Shown: positions 46,979-60,038 of the stretch, in pieces
Layout of the letters: each line of letters starts with the position of its first letter
How positions within the stretch are numbered: position 1 is the first letter of the stretch
DNA from: Eledone cirrhosa
Lineage: Eukaryota
Length of the DNA: 64,000 bases
Direction: 5' to 3'
Assembly: GCA_964016885.1 (NCBI GenBank)
Contig: OZ024740.1
Location: 254,448,001 to 254,512,000, forward strand
Notes under the pieces: model-generated
The model's database searches: none
What the model was told of the DNA's origin: nothing
The model's input: only the letters and a program-made list of their open reading frames with translations
Position numbers and translations under genes: made by a program

Positions 46979-47581
46979 GTGAGGTCACCAGTTGGTGCTA
47001 CTGGTAACATGTATCCTAGTACAACCTGTCTCATGGTCGGGTCGTTGGCGACTAAACTGGCAACCCCACCAAGGTTTCTTGGTGAGGAGGGTGACTTTGG
47101 ACATCCTGCAGGACTAAAATCAAAACCTGTCAAAGGGAGCTCTTAAGAGTCAATGGCCATCCAAAATCACCGGGCGGGATGACCCCTTAGCCTTTGTCAA
47201 GGCAGAATTCTAGGAGAAGGAAAACTCTGATATAACACCTGCAACCCTGATGGTATCCAATGATGTTGACTTGTTCTTCTTTTTGGTAAATATCATCTTG
47301 GTTAAGAGAGTGGGACTGGCTTTGTGCAGTGCCTTTGCTCACTATAAAAGCTTCACGGCACAGGCATTGCTTTATATCTGGAGATCTCTCTGCACTTGTC
47401 GTCACATGGTAGCATGGGCCCAGCACTATGTGTCAATAATTGTCACAAGTGTAGTGTTTGTACCAGAGTTTTCAAGTCACTGGCTGGACTAAAAAGTCAC
47501 ACTCGTTCAGCGCATCGGTAGGGGTTCTCCTACATGGATATAAAGTAGTGGCCGTACTCGAAAACGAGTTGGCAGCCACCA
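46979..47581 (+). mobile_element. Non-autonomous RTE-derived element (5'UTR fused to ORF 3' end), inserted in (TATG)n
   Basis: Second copy at 34328-34868. Terminal C2H2 finger [23 protein letters not shown] (47450-47521) is typical of RTE ORF ends. Perfect (TATG)n on both sides; no RT. Confidence 0.8.
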
Positions 47582-47699
47582 TGTATGTATGTATGTATGT
47601 ATGTATGTATGTATGTATGTATGTATGTATGTATGTATGTATGTATGTATGTATGTATGTATGTGTGTATGTATGTATCTATGTATGTAAAAGGTAAAC

Positions 47700-50600
47700 A
47701 GAAATAACAAAAATAACAAAACAAACAGCACAGTACATGGAAGTAATATATTAATTTAACGCTTGAAATAGCAGGAAGAGAGTCTTAACGTTTCGGACAC
47801 TAGTCCTTCGCCAGAAGATAGAGTTTAATGTAGAATATAAATAGAAAGTAAAGAGTGATAGGAGGAAGGAACGGAGAAAAGGAGAAAAAAAAATGGGGAG
47901 GAAAAAAACACATGCGTATTCAGTCGGCTATGCTGGAGAGTGGTTGGTCAAATGGTATCTTGGGCGTTAGTGTATAGTGAGTATATGTGCTTGTATTGGT
48001 TTGTGTGTGTGTACGTGTGTGTTCGTGTGAAGGTGTGTTCGTATGTTTGAAAGAGAAGCCTTGAAGCACGACAAGCTGGCTTGTGTACATATACATTCAT
48101 AAATACACACATAGCAATAGCCGATAGGGGTTGTGTAGAAATGAGAAGGTAGTGAAAATAGTAGGGGCCGGTATATTCGTTACCTGGTATAGTTGTAAGA
48201 GAAGCTGCATAGCTTCGCATACGACGAAAGAGTGGTACAAGTGTAAACGGTTAAGCTGCAAGGTATGAGATCATTACGTGCGTGGACAGAGCCGGGAAAT
48301 GGTGGCGACGGAGTAAATGTCAGGAAACATTCACAACCGACGACGCCACAGTCAAGGCACTGGGTGCCACATGAACACAGACGAGCATGCAAGAGAAACA
48401 AGCACAGATGGATGTGCGCACAGGAATGTATGTCGGTCACGTTAGTGGACAAGTGCACATACGCGTGCACGCATCCGAAAGTGTAGGGTTCATAGTTAGG
48501 TGTGTGCAGAAGTAGATGTGTGTGGAGTGGTATATATAAACAGATGTAAATTTGTGTGTGTATTTTGAGGTGGCTGGAGTTGTGTGTGTGTGTGTATATA
48601 TGTGCGTATGTTTGTGTGTGAGAGCGAGGGCAAAGGAAGGTTACAGTAACTGTGGGAAGGATTTGAGTCTATACGGAAATGAGGTTCCAAAGCGGAAAAT
48701 TAAATTCTGCTCGGTCCTGGTGTGAGTGGCTGTAGATCCGTAGTATAAAAGGAAGCCTGAGACAGTGAGGTGTTGAGTAGAGTGTTTGGGGGAACGGAAG
48801 TGACGAGCGGCAGGTGTGTCTTTACCTAGTCGTATGTCCCTAAGGTTTTTGGCGACCGGTCCGCCAGACGGTGACCTGTCTGTCAGATGTAGATGGACCC
48901 ACAAATGGAACACCGGAGGGCGTAGACGACGTTGGTGGAGGTGCAAGTGAAGGAGTAGCAAATGCGAAAGGAATGGTTCGTACCTGTGAGAGTGGTCAGG
49001 CTGGTTATGTAGAGGCAGGCATTACAGAGTGGGCGAGAACTAAGGGGCGGGGGTGTCCAAGGGGAGGGGGAGAAGGAACTGTGTACAAAATGGTCACGAA
49101 GATTACGAGTGCGCTTAAAGGCTTTGGAAAAGAAGCGAGAAGTGACGGGGTCAGAAACGAGGGTTTGGAAGCACTGAAGGATCCGGTGACATTGTGGTGA
49201 GACAGACGTGTGATAGGTGAGGAAGGCGGGTGGTAGTGGTGGTGGTGGGCGGTTAGTAGGTGAAAGATCTGTGGTGCAGTCAGTATTAAGGTTAGCTAGA
49301 ATGACGTTGGGAGGATTTCCACGCTGGATGAAGCGGGAAGCCATGCATTGAAACTGGATCTCAAAATCATGGTCTTTGCTGCAGAGCTGACGAAGACAGA
49401 GGAAATGGGAGTAGGGTATAGATAGTTTGGTGTTGGTGGGTGGGAGGAGGTGAAGTCGAGGTAGGAGTGGAGTCTGTGGGTTTGTAGAAGATGGAAGTAG
49501 AGAGAGGGTGTGGTGAATGTGATCGATAGAGAGAAAGAGAGAGAGAGATGTCGAGAAATTGGACAGAAAGGATCGGAGACGGAGGTGATGAAGGTGAAAG
49601 CGGAATGAAAAGACGGGATGAAGGAACGAAAGCAGTGGAGCTGTTCACGGGAGAGAGAGAGAGGTGCCGATACAGTCGTCGATATAACTACCGTATGGAT
49701 CAGGGGTAGGTCCAGTGTACTGGGAGAAGATCTGGGCCTCGATTTTGCCAACAGACAAGTTGGCATAGTTCGGACCCATTCTGGTTCCCTGGCTACTCCA
49801 GAGACCTGTTGGTAAAAGTCTCCGGAAAAGGAAAACCCATTGAGGGTCAGAACAAGCTCAGCTAGACGGGATAAGGGGTAGGGCGTAGGTATAAAAAGTG
49901 TCAGAAAGCGCGGAGGCCGTCATCGTGAGGGATGACGGTATATAGAGAGGTGATGTCTAGGGTGAAGAGAAAGCGAGAGGGGCCAGGAGGGAAGGAGAAG
50001 AGTTAAAGAGTCTAAAGGCATGATTGGAGTCGTGGATGTGGGAGGGGAGGTGAGCGAATAAGGGGGTGAGAGGGGTGTCGAGGTATTGTGAGATGATTTA
50101 GATGGGGCAGTTACAGGCGGAAACAATAGGACGGCCGAGATTATTAGGTTAATGTATTTTGGGGAGGAAGTAGATGGTATGTGTGTGTGAGGGGTACGTA
50201 CTATAAGGCTGGGGGGGGGGGGGGGCAAGAGAGAGGGAGAGATGAGCTGGCGGATGTTGGAAGACACGAGCTGTTGGTAGCCAGGGGCGGGGTCAGAGGG
50301 TAAAGGGCTGTAAAAATGGGTGTCTTGAAATTGGCGGAAGGCCTCACTTCTGTAGAGGTCCGCGCGCCATACGACCACGGTACCACATTTGTCGGTGGGT
50401 TTGATGACAATGTCACCGTGACGCCGTAGGCTGCGAAGAGCGGAGAGCTCGGCCCGAGAGAGGTTAGTGCGTCGAGAACGCTTGTGGAAACTGAACCGGT
50501 TCACAGCACGTCGGCAAGTGTCCACAAAGGAGTCGAGGATGCTGAACTGGCCAGAGCGCAGCGTCCTGTGTGATTGCCGGCGACTGAGACTTGTGAAGTC

Positions 50601-51698
50601 GTCGGTCTGGGTCGATGATGGGGTGTCGTGGAAAAAAGCTTTGAGCTTTAGTCAACCTCGGCACGTGTGTGGAACTCGTCGCAGGTGGATGTGGTAAGTA
50701 TGAAACGCAAACCCCTAGCGAGGAGGGAGCGCTCAACTTCGGAGAGAGGTAGGTCCTGGGGTAGAGTGACAACAGTGGAGGTACGCAAGTGAGTGAAAGT
50801 AGCGGAGGCGGATAGTAGCGGATAGTAGCGGAAAGGATAGGGAGTCGTAGGTGATGGGATAGTAGGGTTAGGGCTGGAGGTGAGGTGAGTATGTGTGGTG
50901 ACGGCAGGCGGGGAGCGGAATGAGTCAAATTTATAATTCTTACTAGAGGTGAGAAAATTAAAGAGGAACCGATTGAGGGGACGGATGAATTGGATGAGGG
51001 ATTGGGCGAGGAGGTGGTGGCAAGTGGAGGAGATATCGAGGTAGGCCTTGGAGAGATCTTGGTCGAGAGAACGGATTTGAGAAAGAGTGAAACGGATAGT
51101 CGCCCGCATGAGATGGAGAGAGGAGCAGATAAGGATGGGCTCAGTGGTGGGGCGGAGTAAGAGGTGGGATGGAACTTAAGGCGGAAACCTCGGGGAATGA
51201 GGTGGTGGTGGAGACAGCGACTTAAAAAAGTAACGCGACTATCGTAGCGTGTTTTCGGGAAGAGGAGGCTGGAGAGATGCAGGGCGGACTGAATGCAAAT
51301 AGGGGTAAAGATTGGAGGGTGGAATGGAGCTGGTGGAGGAAGGATTTGAGATTAGGAATAATGGAGGGTTGGGTGTGGGGAGAGGGAGTAGAACTGACAG
51401 GGGGAGACTAGCAGTGCGGTGGAGAAATGAACGTGAGGTGATGGAAAGGGGAGGCGAAAACACACGGGGGTAGGGTAGAGTAAGAGGAGGCGGAAACAGG
51501 AGAAGGTACTGGGGTGAGAGGGAAAAGGTAAGAAGGTGGAAGTAAGAAGAGGATAGTGGAGGAAAAGTGATTGTGAGTATTCGTGTAATGCAAGAAGCAA
51601 AGAAAATAATCAAGTGATCCGAAAAGATATCCAGTTGGAAGTTCAGCTAAAGTTCAGGTATAAATGCAGTACTCTTTTCTCTTAGCCGTCAACTACAT

Positions 51699-51700
<2 letters not shown>
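47700..51700 (-). mobile_element. Near full-length decayed Penelope-like element (RT + CCHH linker + GIY-YIG; Neptune-like)
   Basis: N-terminal FLSRCLHHHLIPRGFRLKF; ELSALRSLR...IVIKPTDKCG; YQQVSGVA; YIDDCIG (~49670-49690); LCNAC; CTSTNVVYALRCSICGSIYI; PAARHF..H; EQNLIFRFGT. Hammerhead in the 3' repeat. Confidence 0.92.
47783..47818 (-). ncRNA. Minimal type I hammerhead in the Penelope 3' end (A6G variant)
   Basis: Minus strand reads TCTT-CTGGCGA-A-GGAC TAGT GTCC-GAAA-CG-TT|-AAGA, with palindromic AACGTT stem III. Confidence 0.8.
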
Positions 51701-51732
<32 letters not shown>

Positions 51733-51736
<4 letters not shown>

Positions 51737-52383
51737 GTTTCTACTTTAGGCACAAGGCCAGCAATTACCCAGTGTATTACTGGTACTTTATTTTATCGAC
51801 CCCGTAAGGATGAAATGCAAAGTCAACTTCGGCGGGATTTGAACTCAGATCGTAAAGGGACGTAACTATGCTGGAAAGCATGGCGTCCGACCCTCTACCG
51901 ATACTGCCAATCCACCGCCCTTATATATATATATAATTGTTTCTACTTTTTGGCACAAGGCAATTACAATTTCTACTTTAGGCACAAGGCCAGCAATTAC
52001 CCAGTGCATTACTGGTACTTTATTTTATCGACCCCGTAAGGATGAAAGGCAAAGTTAACCTCGGCGGGATTTGAACTCAGAATGGCAAGGGCCGTAACTC
52101 TTTGCGTCAAAGCATGGCGCCCGACCCTCTACCGATACTGCCAATTCACCGCCAATTATATATATATATAATGGTTTCTTATATAGGCACAAGACCAGCA
52201 ATTTTGGGGGAAGGGAAAGTCGATTAAATCGACCCCAGTGCGTGACTGGTACTTTATTTTATCGACCCCGTGAGGATGAAAGGCAAAGTTAACCTCAGCG
52301 GGATTTGAACTCAGATCATAAAGGGCCGTAACTCTTTGCATCAAAGCATGGTGTCCGACTCTCTACCGATACTGCCAATCCAC
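51733..52383 (-). mobile_element. Three tandem SINE copies (51733-51920, 51968-52153, 52172-52383)
   Basis: Near-consensus family copies separated by short (TA)n. Confidence 0.9.
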
Positions 52384-52574
52384 TAATAATAATAATAATA
52401 GGTTTACATCGAAGTTGTAGCCGCAATATACCTGATAGCAATCGAATTGTTTGAGGCAGTCACAGTTTTATATGTATAAAAATATAGTGAATACATTACT
52501 TACTGTAGTTACCCCCGATTGAACCTGGGAGGCTCTCTCTCTCCCTCTCTCTTTCTCTATCTATATCTATTTCC

Positions 52575-52652
<78 letters not shown>

Positions 52653-52825
52653 ATTTCTCTCTCTCTCTCACACACACACACATAACCCTTATTCATTTGT
52701 TCATATATCGTCGTCTACCCACTATATCTATTGAATCCGCCTCTGATTCGTGAAAATATTCCTGATATCATCGAGAGAGGAGTTAGGCGAACGGTTAGGA
52801 ACTTCCAATGTTTAGTTTGGGTTTT

Positions 52826-52885
52826 GCCGTCTGAAGAGCTCAGGCTATCTAAACTGATAGTCCTCAGTGGAATATGTATAACGGG
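52826..52885 (+). ncRNA. Decayed type I hammerhead in a Penelope-like 3' end
   Basis: CCGT-CTGAAGA-GCTCAGG CTATC..GATAG T CCTCAGT-GGAA-T ATGT A-TA|-ACGG; GAAA has mutated to GGAA. Confidence 0.6.
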
Positions 52886-53371
52886 CTTTTAAATAAACCT
52901 GAATTATAACCAATTGGATTAAATTCTGAACTGTGAACTATAAAATCACATTTGAGTTTTGAAATATTCTTTGCCTTTATTTGGTTATCAACTCATCTAA
53001 ACTATTCAATATATATATATACATATATACATATACCTCAGTGTGGCTGAGTGTGTTTGTGTAAGTGTGTATGTATGCATGTGTATATGTGTATACGGTA
53101 GCTATTTATTTATGTCCCGTAATATTCGACAAGAAGAGGTCGATATTATCTACTAAATCTCTCGAAACCAGTAAAATAATAGGTAGTAAATTATAGTTTA
53201 CGTATACTAGTACGGCTGCGATGAAAGGTGACAGTATTCTGGCAATTTAGATCAGTTCATTCTAATTAGGCATCTAATGAAGCAAGTAATTAGAGAAGAT
53301 CTTATGTGTGCACACCAAGATTAGTTATTTAAAAGCTAAATATTATTATTAATTTCAGACGTCCCTTTACA

Positions 53372-53490
53372 GTCTGAGTTCAAATCCCGCCGAGGTTAAC
53401 TTTGCCTTTCATCCTTACGGGGTCGATAAAATAAAGTACCAGTAATGTACTGGGTAATTGCTGGCCTTGTGCCTAAAGTAGAAACAGTTA
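53372..53490 (+). mobile_element. 5'-truncated SINE
   Basis: From the B box to the 3' tail, near consensus. Confidence 0.85.
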
Positions 53491-53546
53491 TTAGATTAAT
53501 AAGTTTTATTATAATTGATATGGTAAGATTCGGTGGGAGGATTCAA

Positions 53547-53906
53547 CCCTTTTTCTACGGTACTAAATAGTATATTTTAAAGTGTTTATATTCATCTAAA
53601 CATCTTTCATTGTATAAGAATCTTGTGTTACGTTATTTAAACACTAATTTGATAATGAAAAGGTGAGTTGTATTTTTAAATCCCTCCAAATCATTTCATT
53701 AGAAATATGTTGACGAAATTGTTAAAATATTTACATTTATCTAAAAATGTTCCATCATATTTTTATCTAAGAACCTTGTCATGTTATGTTCGAAACACCA
53801 TCATAATAATGAGAAAATTTGTTATATTACTAAATACCCCCAAACTCTGGACTATTTCCTAAATTAATTAAAAATAATAAGCAGTGCCCTCATAGTAACA
53901 AAAGGG
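53547..53906. mobile_element. piggyBac-type MITE candidate
   Basis: Ends CCCTTTTTCTAC / GTAACAAAAGGG with TCAA/TTAA flanks. Confidence 0.5.
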
Positions 53907-55229
53907 TTAAAAAGCTTACATTTATTTTAAAACGTTTCATCATGATTTAATGTAAGAACTTTGTTAAATTATGTTCTAAACACCAACTTAATTCTTTTGA
54001 TACCAAACCAGTTGAAACTGCCGCCGATTCTACCACAAAAAGCTGTTTATTTTAAAGTGCTTATGCTATGCCTAGTAAACTCAGATCTGTGTTGAGGATG
54101 CTGCTGTACTCCGTCTCGGAATGCAAGAGCCGATATCTCAGGCTGTGAAATAACTTTCTATGTGTTTCAGCCCCATTCACCGGGACACCAGAGTTACTCG
54201 GGCCGCCCACCGATGTAGGTGACGAAACTCCAGCACGACATCACAATCTTTGGTGAGTCTGATGTTGTAACTCCGTCCACCTCAATGCGTCAGAATAGCA
54301 TGAAACCCGGCGGGTCTGGTGTTATGACTCCGGGTGAAACGTCTATGGGCAGTGGATTGGTAGAAATCGTTACAGCCTTGTAACAATTGATCCAGCTCTT
54401 TGTGTTCTGAGTTCAACTTCTGCCGTGATCTACTTGGATAAATCCGTTGTCTGGTTTAACAGCAGAACTTGGTCCTTAGTTGCCTGTAGCAGGGTCCACT
54501 GTGTTGTACGCATTCAGCTTAGCTCTTAGGTTTCAGGATACCTTCCTACCATCTTAAAAAAGGGTGATGGGAATTGACCTTCCATCTCTGACTAAGTGGT
54601 AAAAATCAACAACAGAGCAGCGGACTAGCAGAAACGATAGAGCATCTGATAAAATACTCAGCGGTAGATAATTACAGAGTTAAGTGATGAATGAACTACT
54701 CAGAGTCAACGGCCATCCACCCCAACGTGGGTTAAATAGTCTCACCAGCCTGCAATTGGCCAAGCATTGTGAGTATAGTTACACCCCTGAAGATATGACC
54801 AAAACCAAAAACTGTGGATGTCAACCAGGGAGATCTCCTCCAACGGGAGTGAGAAGGCCCTGCATTGGATTGTATGTTTTGTGTTCAAATCCCACCGAAG
54901 TCAACTCTACATTTTTTCATTGCGGTGGGTGGGGGGTGTCGTTAAAATAAAGTACCAGTTATGTATAAGAATCGATTTAATCGAACAAACTCTCCTTCAC
55001 TCTCCTCAAATTCCTGGTTATGTACATAATACTGGATCGGTTTCGAACAATGAATATATCCAGATTGATCCGATCAAAATATCGTGGAGATGAAAATATA
55101 TTTTTTTAAATGTGGCTGTGTGGTAAAAGAGTTGACTTTGCAACCATATTGTTTTGAATTCGATTCCACAATATGGTGGTACCTTGGTACATTTCGGCCT
55201 CTTGTATTCGCGATCGTATTCTTTCCATC

Positions 55230-55510
55230 ATTACTTAAGATTTATGACTATAGGTAAGTGTTGGTTCGAATACAGAATTGAAGACAGCGAGTTTGGCTTA
55301 TACACCTACCTCCCTTCTTCTGATTACTGAATGCTGAAGCTGGCGCATTACTGAACCAGCTCCTGCAATTCTTGCACTTAATTCAGCCTCCTGCCTTCCA
55401 CCACTCATGAACATGACCCTGAGATACTTGAACTTCTCCACCTACTTCAGTGGAACTCTACTCACATGCGGGGTGCACTTTGCAGGCTTTCTTGAGAGGA
55501 CGAGTGTCTC
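55230..55510 (-). mobile_element. RTE LINE fragment
   Basis: Minus strand VEKFKYLRVMFMSGGRQEAELSARIAG...AKLAVF, paralogous to 3430-3700. Confidence 0.8.
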
Positions 55511-56903
55511 AATGAAACAATCTACATCTCTTTCTAGCAATACTAACAGCTGATGATGGGTGGAGTTCACAATAATCGGATCACTACAGGATTATGATAT
55601 CCTTCAGTTTACTGCCATACTTTCAACATTAGACGGTAAATTGGCAACGTCGTTAAAGCGTATGATATAATGTTTTACGGTACTTTTGTCCTGACTCTCT
55701 GCGCTTCAAGTTCGAATCCCGCCGAGGAAAACTAAAATGTTTATCCTTTCGAAGTCAATAAATAAAGTACCAGTCGATTCTTTCCCCCGTCTCTCTCTTC
55801 ATCTATCTCTCTCCTTCTCTCTTTCTATATATATAACTCTTTCGTTTTCTCTCGTTTTCTCTCTTTCTCTCTCTATCTCTCACTTTATCTTTCATAGGAA
55901 AAAATCAGCTGTGTTCCGACCTAGAGATAGATGAGCTCTACCAGGTTTAAATGCCCAAGACACGCCGTATGCCACGAAGGTGTTCTTATGATTCCATCAG
56001 GTGTTCAGGGTCCATGGATGGAGAATCGTCCAAGTAGTAGTGTGTAAACTGAGTGAGGAATACTGCCTGTGCCCTACTAGAGAAGATCATAGGCGGAATT
56101 GAACTCAGAATATCAAAAGCTGGAACAAACATCGCAAGGAATCACATCCAGTAGTCTAACAATTCAGCCAATCCACCGCCCTTAGCTGCTACTTTGTTTA
56201 ATCGACCTGGAAATTTGTTTTTTGGTGGGATTTGAAGTCAGAACAAATACCTCGTCATATAATCCTCCATTCATGAATCCTAAACACCCGATGAGGTGGT
56301 AGGGACGATCCTCTATCCATGGAACCTGAACACCTGATAGAGTCATAAGCTAGGTGACACTGAGGGACCAGGTGGTGGTGTTAAACTGGGAGATACTGGA
56401 GGGCCAGGTAATGGTATTTGACTGGGAAATACTGAAGATTCAGGTGGTGGTGTTAAACTGGGAGACGTATTAAGTCTACCATCTAACTATATTTACTCTC
56501 TACAACCGTATCCGCCCTCTACAACGATAGTTGCTCGCTCCAAGTATATTTGATTTTGACATTCTTCATTCTAACAAGAAGCGTACCAACGAATTAGCCA
56601 CTCCTCTACGTGCTTTTCTTAACTTCTAGAAAGAGCAGCTAAATCGCATCAAATTGTACTCTACAGTTTGGGGAAGGTATACGATACATTGTATAACGTA
56701 GTCCTAGAAAAAACCTCAGAAAGACAGGATGTTCATGACTACAATATCTTGATCATAGGTTGGTCCGTCTGGGGCTGAACAACTGCAGAATACAAACTTC
56801 CTTCGTTTTTAGAGTCACACATTTTTGAATGAATGTTCAACATTGAAGCCACCGAATGCCTAATGTTTTAATACTTTCTCTACTATCATTTTTCTTCATC
56901 AGT

Positions 56904-56975
56904 GGCTCGTTGATCGAGAGGTATGATTCACGCTTAGGGTGCGAGAGGTCCCGGGTTCAAGACACAAACGAGTCA
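56904..56975 (+). pseudogene. tRNA-Pro(AGG) pseudogene
   Basis: GGCTCGTTGATCGAGAGGTATGATTCACGCTTAGGGTGCGAGAGGTCCCGGGTTCAAGACACAAACGAGTCA aligns to eukaryotic tRNA-Pro. The T-stem 3' strand and anticodon stem are disrupted. Followed by an oligo-T terminator. Confidence 0.85.
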
Positions 56976-57180
56976 TGCTTTTTTTTAAAATTAACATTTC
57001 TTTATAGACGTTAGCAATAATAATCTTCATAATCTTCAACCAGTATTGGATTTTGTTTTCTTATGAAAAGATATTCACATCTTTATGAGCAGAAGCCATT
57101 TAGTGAGGCTCTACGTGGTCAGTCGACCAGCAAGAGATATCAGCCAAATATCCCTCAAGTCACATTATATATATATATAT

Positions 57181-57278
57181 AATTGTTTCTACATTTGGTA
57201 CAAGGCCAGCAATTACCCAGTACATTATTTTATCGACCCCGTAAGGATGAAAGGCAAAGTTAACCTCGGCGGGATTTG
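57181..57278 (-). mobile_element. SINE 3' fragment
   Basis: Family match. Confidence 0.75.
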
Positions 57279-58888
57279 CTACAAAAACAGCAGCGATAAC
57301 GGTATATCATTTAAAATTTTACAATTGTTTCGGTAAAAATAAACTCGTTTGAAAGACTCGATAAATGTAGCAGAGGAATGTTTATTATTTGTCATATACA
57401 TCTTTGTTGAACGGAACACACACACGCACACACACACATGTCGATTACAAAAAACAACAATAAATCAGATCAAAACAAAATAAAAAGGAAAAGCAAAAAC
57501 ATCGAAAACAAATAAGTTTTAAAAGAAACGTATAGGACAGTAACTCGCAGACCTTTCACAACCAATGGCTCTTTTATTGAAATGAATTTTGCCACGGAAC
57601 CCTTGCTATAATTACACTTCTAACAGATTGTTATATATTTATAATCACAACTGAAAGAGTGAAATGTTTATATTTAGAGAAGAATACAATAATGTGTGCA
57701 TATTAAGTTTATAACAAAGTTTTTGAGATTATTATATTGTGGTATAAAATGTTTATACTTAGAAATGTTTATACTTAAAATTGTTTATAGTTGAAAATGT
57801 TTATACTTAGAAGAATGGATATCCAATAGTATGTCTTTAACAAAGAATTTGAAATTGTTATACAGTGAGAAAAAACAATTGAAAGAGAAAAATGCATTTA
57901 CACAGAGAATTGTGTGTGTATATACTATATGTATAACAATGTATTTGAAAATTTGAACTTAGCTCATAGACCTCTAGGCTCCCCAGACACCGGGTTAGAA
58001 ACCACTGGAATAGAATGATCAAATATTCCTCATATATGATGATTAATAAAAAAAAAAAAATTTAAGGTAACTTACACAGGTAATATATAAAGTCCAGAGA
58101 GACTGATTATGAAATGAGATTTGAAACTAAAAATGGTGGACTTGTTATGCAGAAGTAGCCTCGTTTTCATAAAACTGCATAACAAACGGCAAATAAGCGT
58201 TAAGTCCGATGATCTTTAAAGAGGATTATTAAAAGATACACAAAATTATTTTGATCATTATTCAGACGCTCTTCGAATAAATTCCAAACATTCATTACGG
58301 ACTAATGGATAGTATAGATATATAATAAATTAGTTTAATTATTTGATTGACAAGGGGCATAACACCTATATGTCAGGACACACTGTGACATATGTCTGTC
58401 TGTCTGTCTGTCTGTATGCATGTATGTCTGTATGTATGTAAGTATATGTGAATATATGTGTACATATGAAATAATGTGTGTAAGTTATTGATTCGTGTAA
58501 AATAAAATAAAATAAAATAGTTTCGGTGCCCGACAGAATAACAACAGCAACAACAATAACAATAGCAACAACAGTAACAACAACAATCAGCCACCAGCAA
58601 CAACAACAGCAACACCACCATCACCATCACCAATAACAACAAGAATCCCCAACAACAAAGCAATAATAACAACAACCCCACCACCAACAACAACCTCAAA
58701 GGATTTCACCTGAGGGCATTAATAAATCTAACTGGTAATATATTGTAAATCTGTGGTGAAAGATTAGAGAGTTAATTGGGGTGTTAAACACACACATACA
58801 CGCACTCATACACATACATATTCATATATACACATACATACATATACACATATACACACATGCACACACATACATGCGCATACAGACA

Positions 58889-58954
<66 letters not shown>

Positions 58955-58958
<4 letters not shown>

Positions 58959-59504
58959 TATGTATACGTACATACATTTATGTATACAGACGTACAGTAG
59001 TATGTATATATACATACATGCACACATATATATACGTACGTATGGATTTACCGAACATTTATTATAATGCTCGGTTTGTTTGTAAACAAACATCCCGAAT
59101 TAAGCCGTACAGTGTTTAGCAACCGTCGTTGCCCTTTTGTTCAACACTGACAAAGGAACGATGTACTAGTTTCAACCTTATTAGCTATCGTCAGCACCGT
59201 ATACCTTCCTGCCAGATGATTGAACGTCTGAAAGTATATACTTTCCTTATCCATATTAACGGCTGAGCAGCCTAATTTGCATATCGAGTGAGTTAATCGG
59301 CCGGAGCACCGAAAACGATAAATGGAAAAAATGAAACGAAATTTCCTTTCTCACTTTTAGTACGGCTGTTACTTAAATATAAGTATGTATACGTACATAC
59401 ATATATGTATACAGACGTACAGTAGTATGTATATATATATATACATGCACACATATATATATGTACGTATGGATTTACCGAACATTTATTATAATGCTCG
59501 GTTT

Positions 59505-59507
<3 letters not shown>
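58955..59507 (-). mobile_element. Non-coding ~427-bp tandem unit with minimal hammerhead (retrozyme-like)
   Basis: Direct repeat (ACCGAACATTTATTATAATG at 59050 and 59477), hammerhead at 59158-59200, flanked by (TA)n, no ORF. Confidence 0.75.
59158..59200 (-). ncRNA. Minimal type I hammerhead ribozyme, intact core
   Basis: Minus strand reads ACGGTG-CTGACGA-T-AGCT AATAA GGTT-GAAA-CTAG-TA|-CATCGT, with palindromic ACTAGT stem III. Confidence 0.82.
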
Positions 59508-59570
<63 letters not shown>

Positions 59571-59678
59571 TGTTTTCCTGTGATTTTCATCGAAAATTTT
59601 TGAATGCATTTTATCTTTTCATGATATTTGAATTACATTGAGTTCTTCATACGGATTGGACACTACCGTATATTTTGG

Positions 59679-59727
<49 letters not shown>

Positions 59728-60038
59728 ATATATATATATATACATTCATACATGCATGGATGTAATGTGAGCGTATGTATGTATGTATGTATTTATGTAT
59801 ATATGTATATGTATGTATATGTGTATGTGTGTGTATTACGTATGTATATGTGTATATATGTATGTATATGTATATGTGTTTGTATGTGTGTATGTATGTT
59901 TGTATATGTATATGTGTATATATGTATGCATGTATATGTATATGTATGTGTGTATGGGGCAACCCCACCAAGTTTACTTGGTGAGGAAGGTGATTTTGGA
60001 CACCCTGCAGAACAAAAAGCAAAACCTGACAAAACCTG

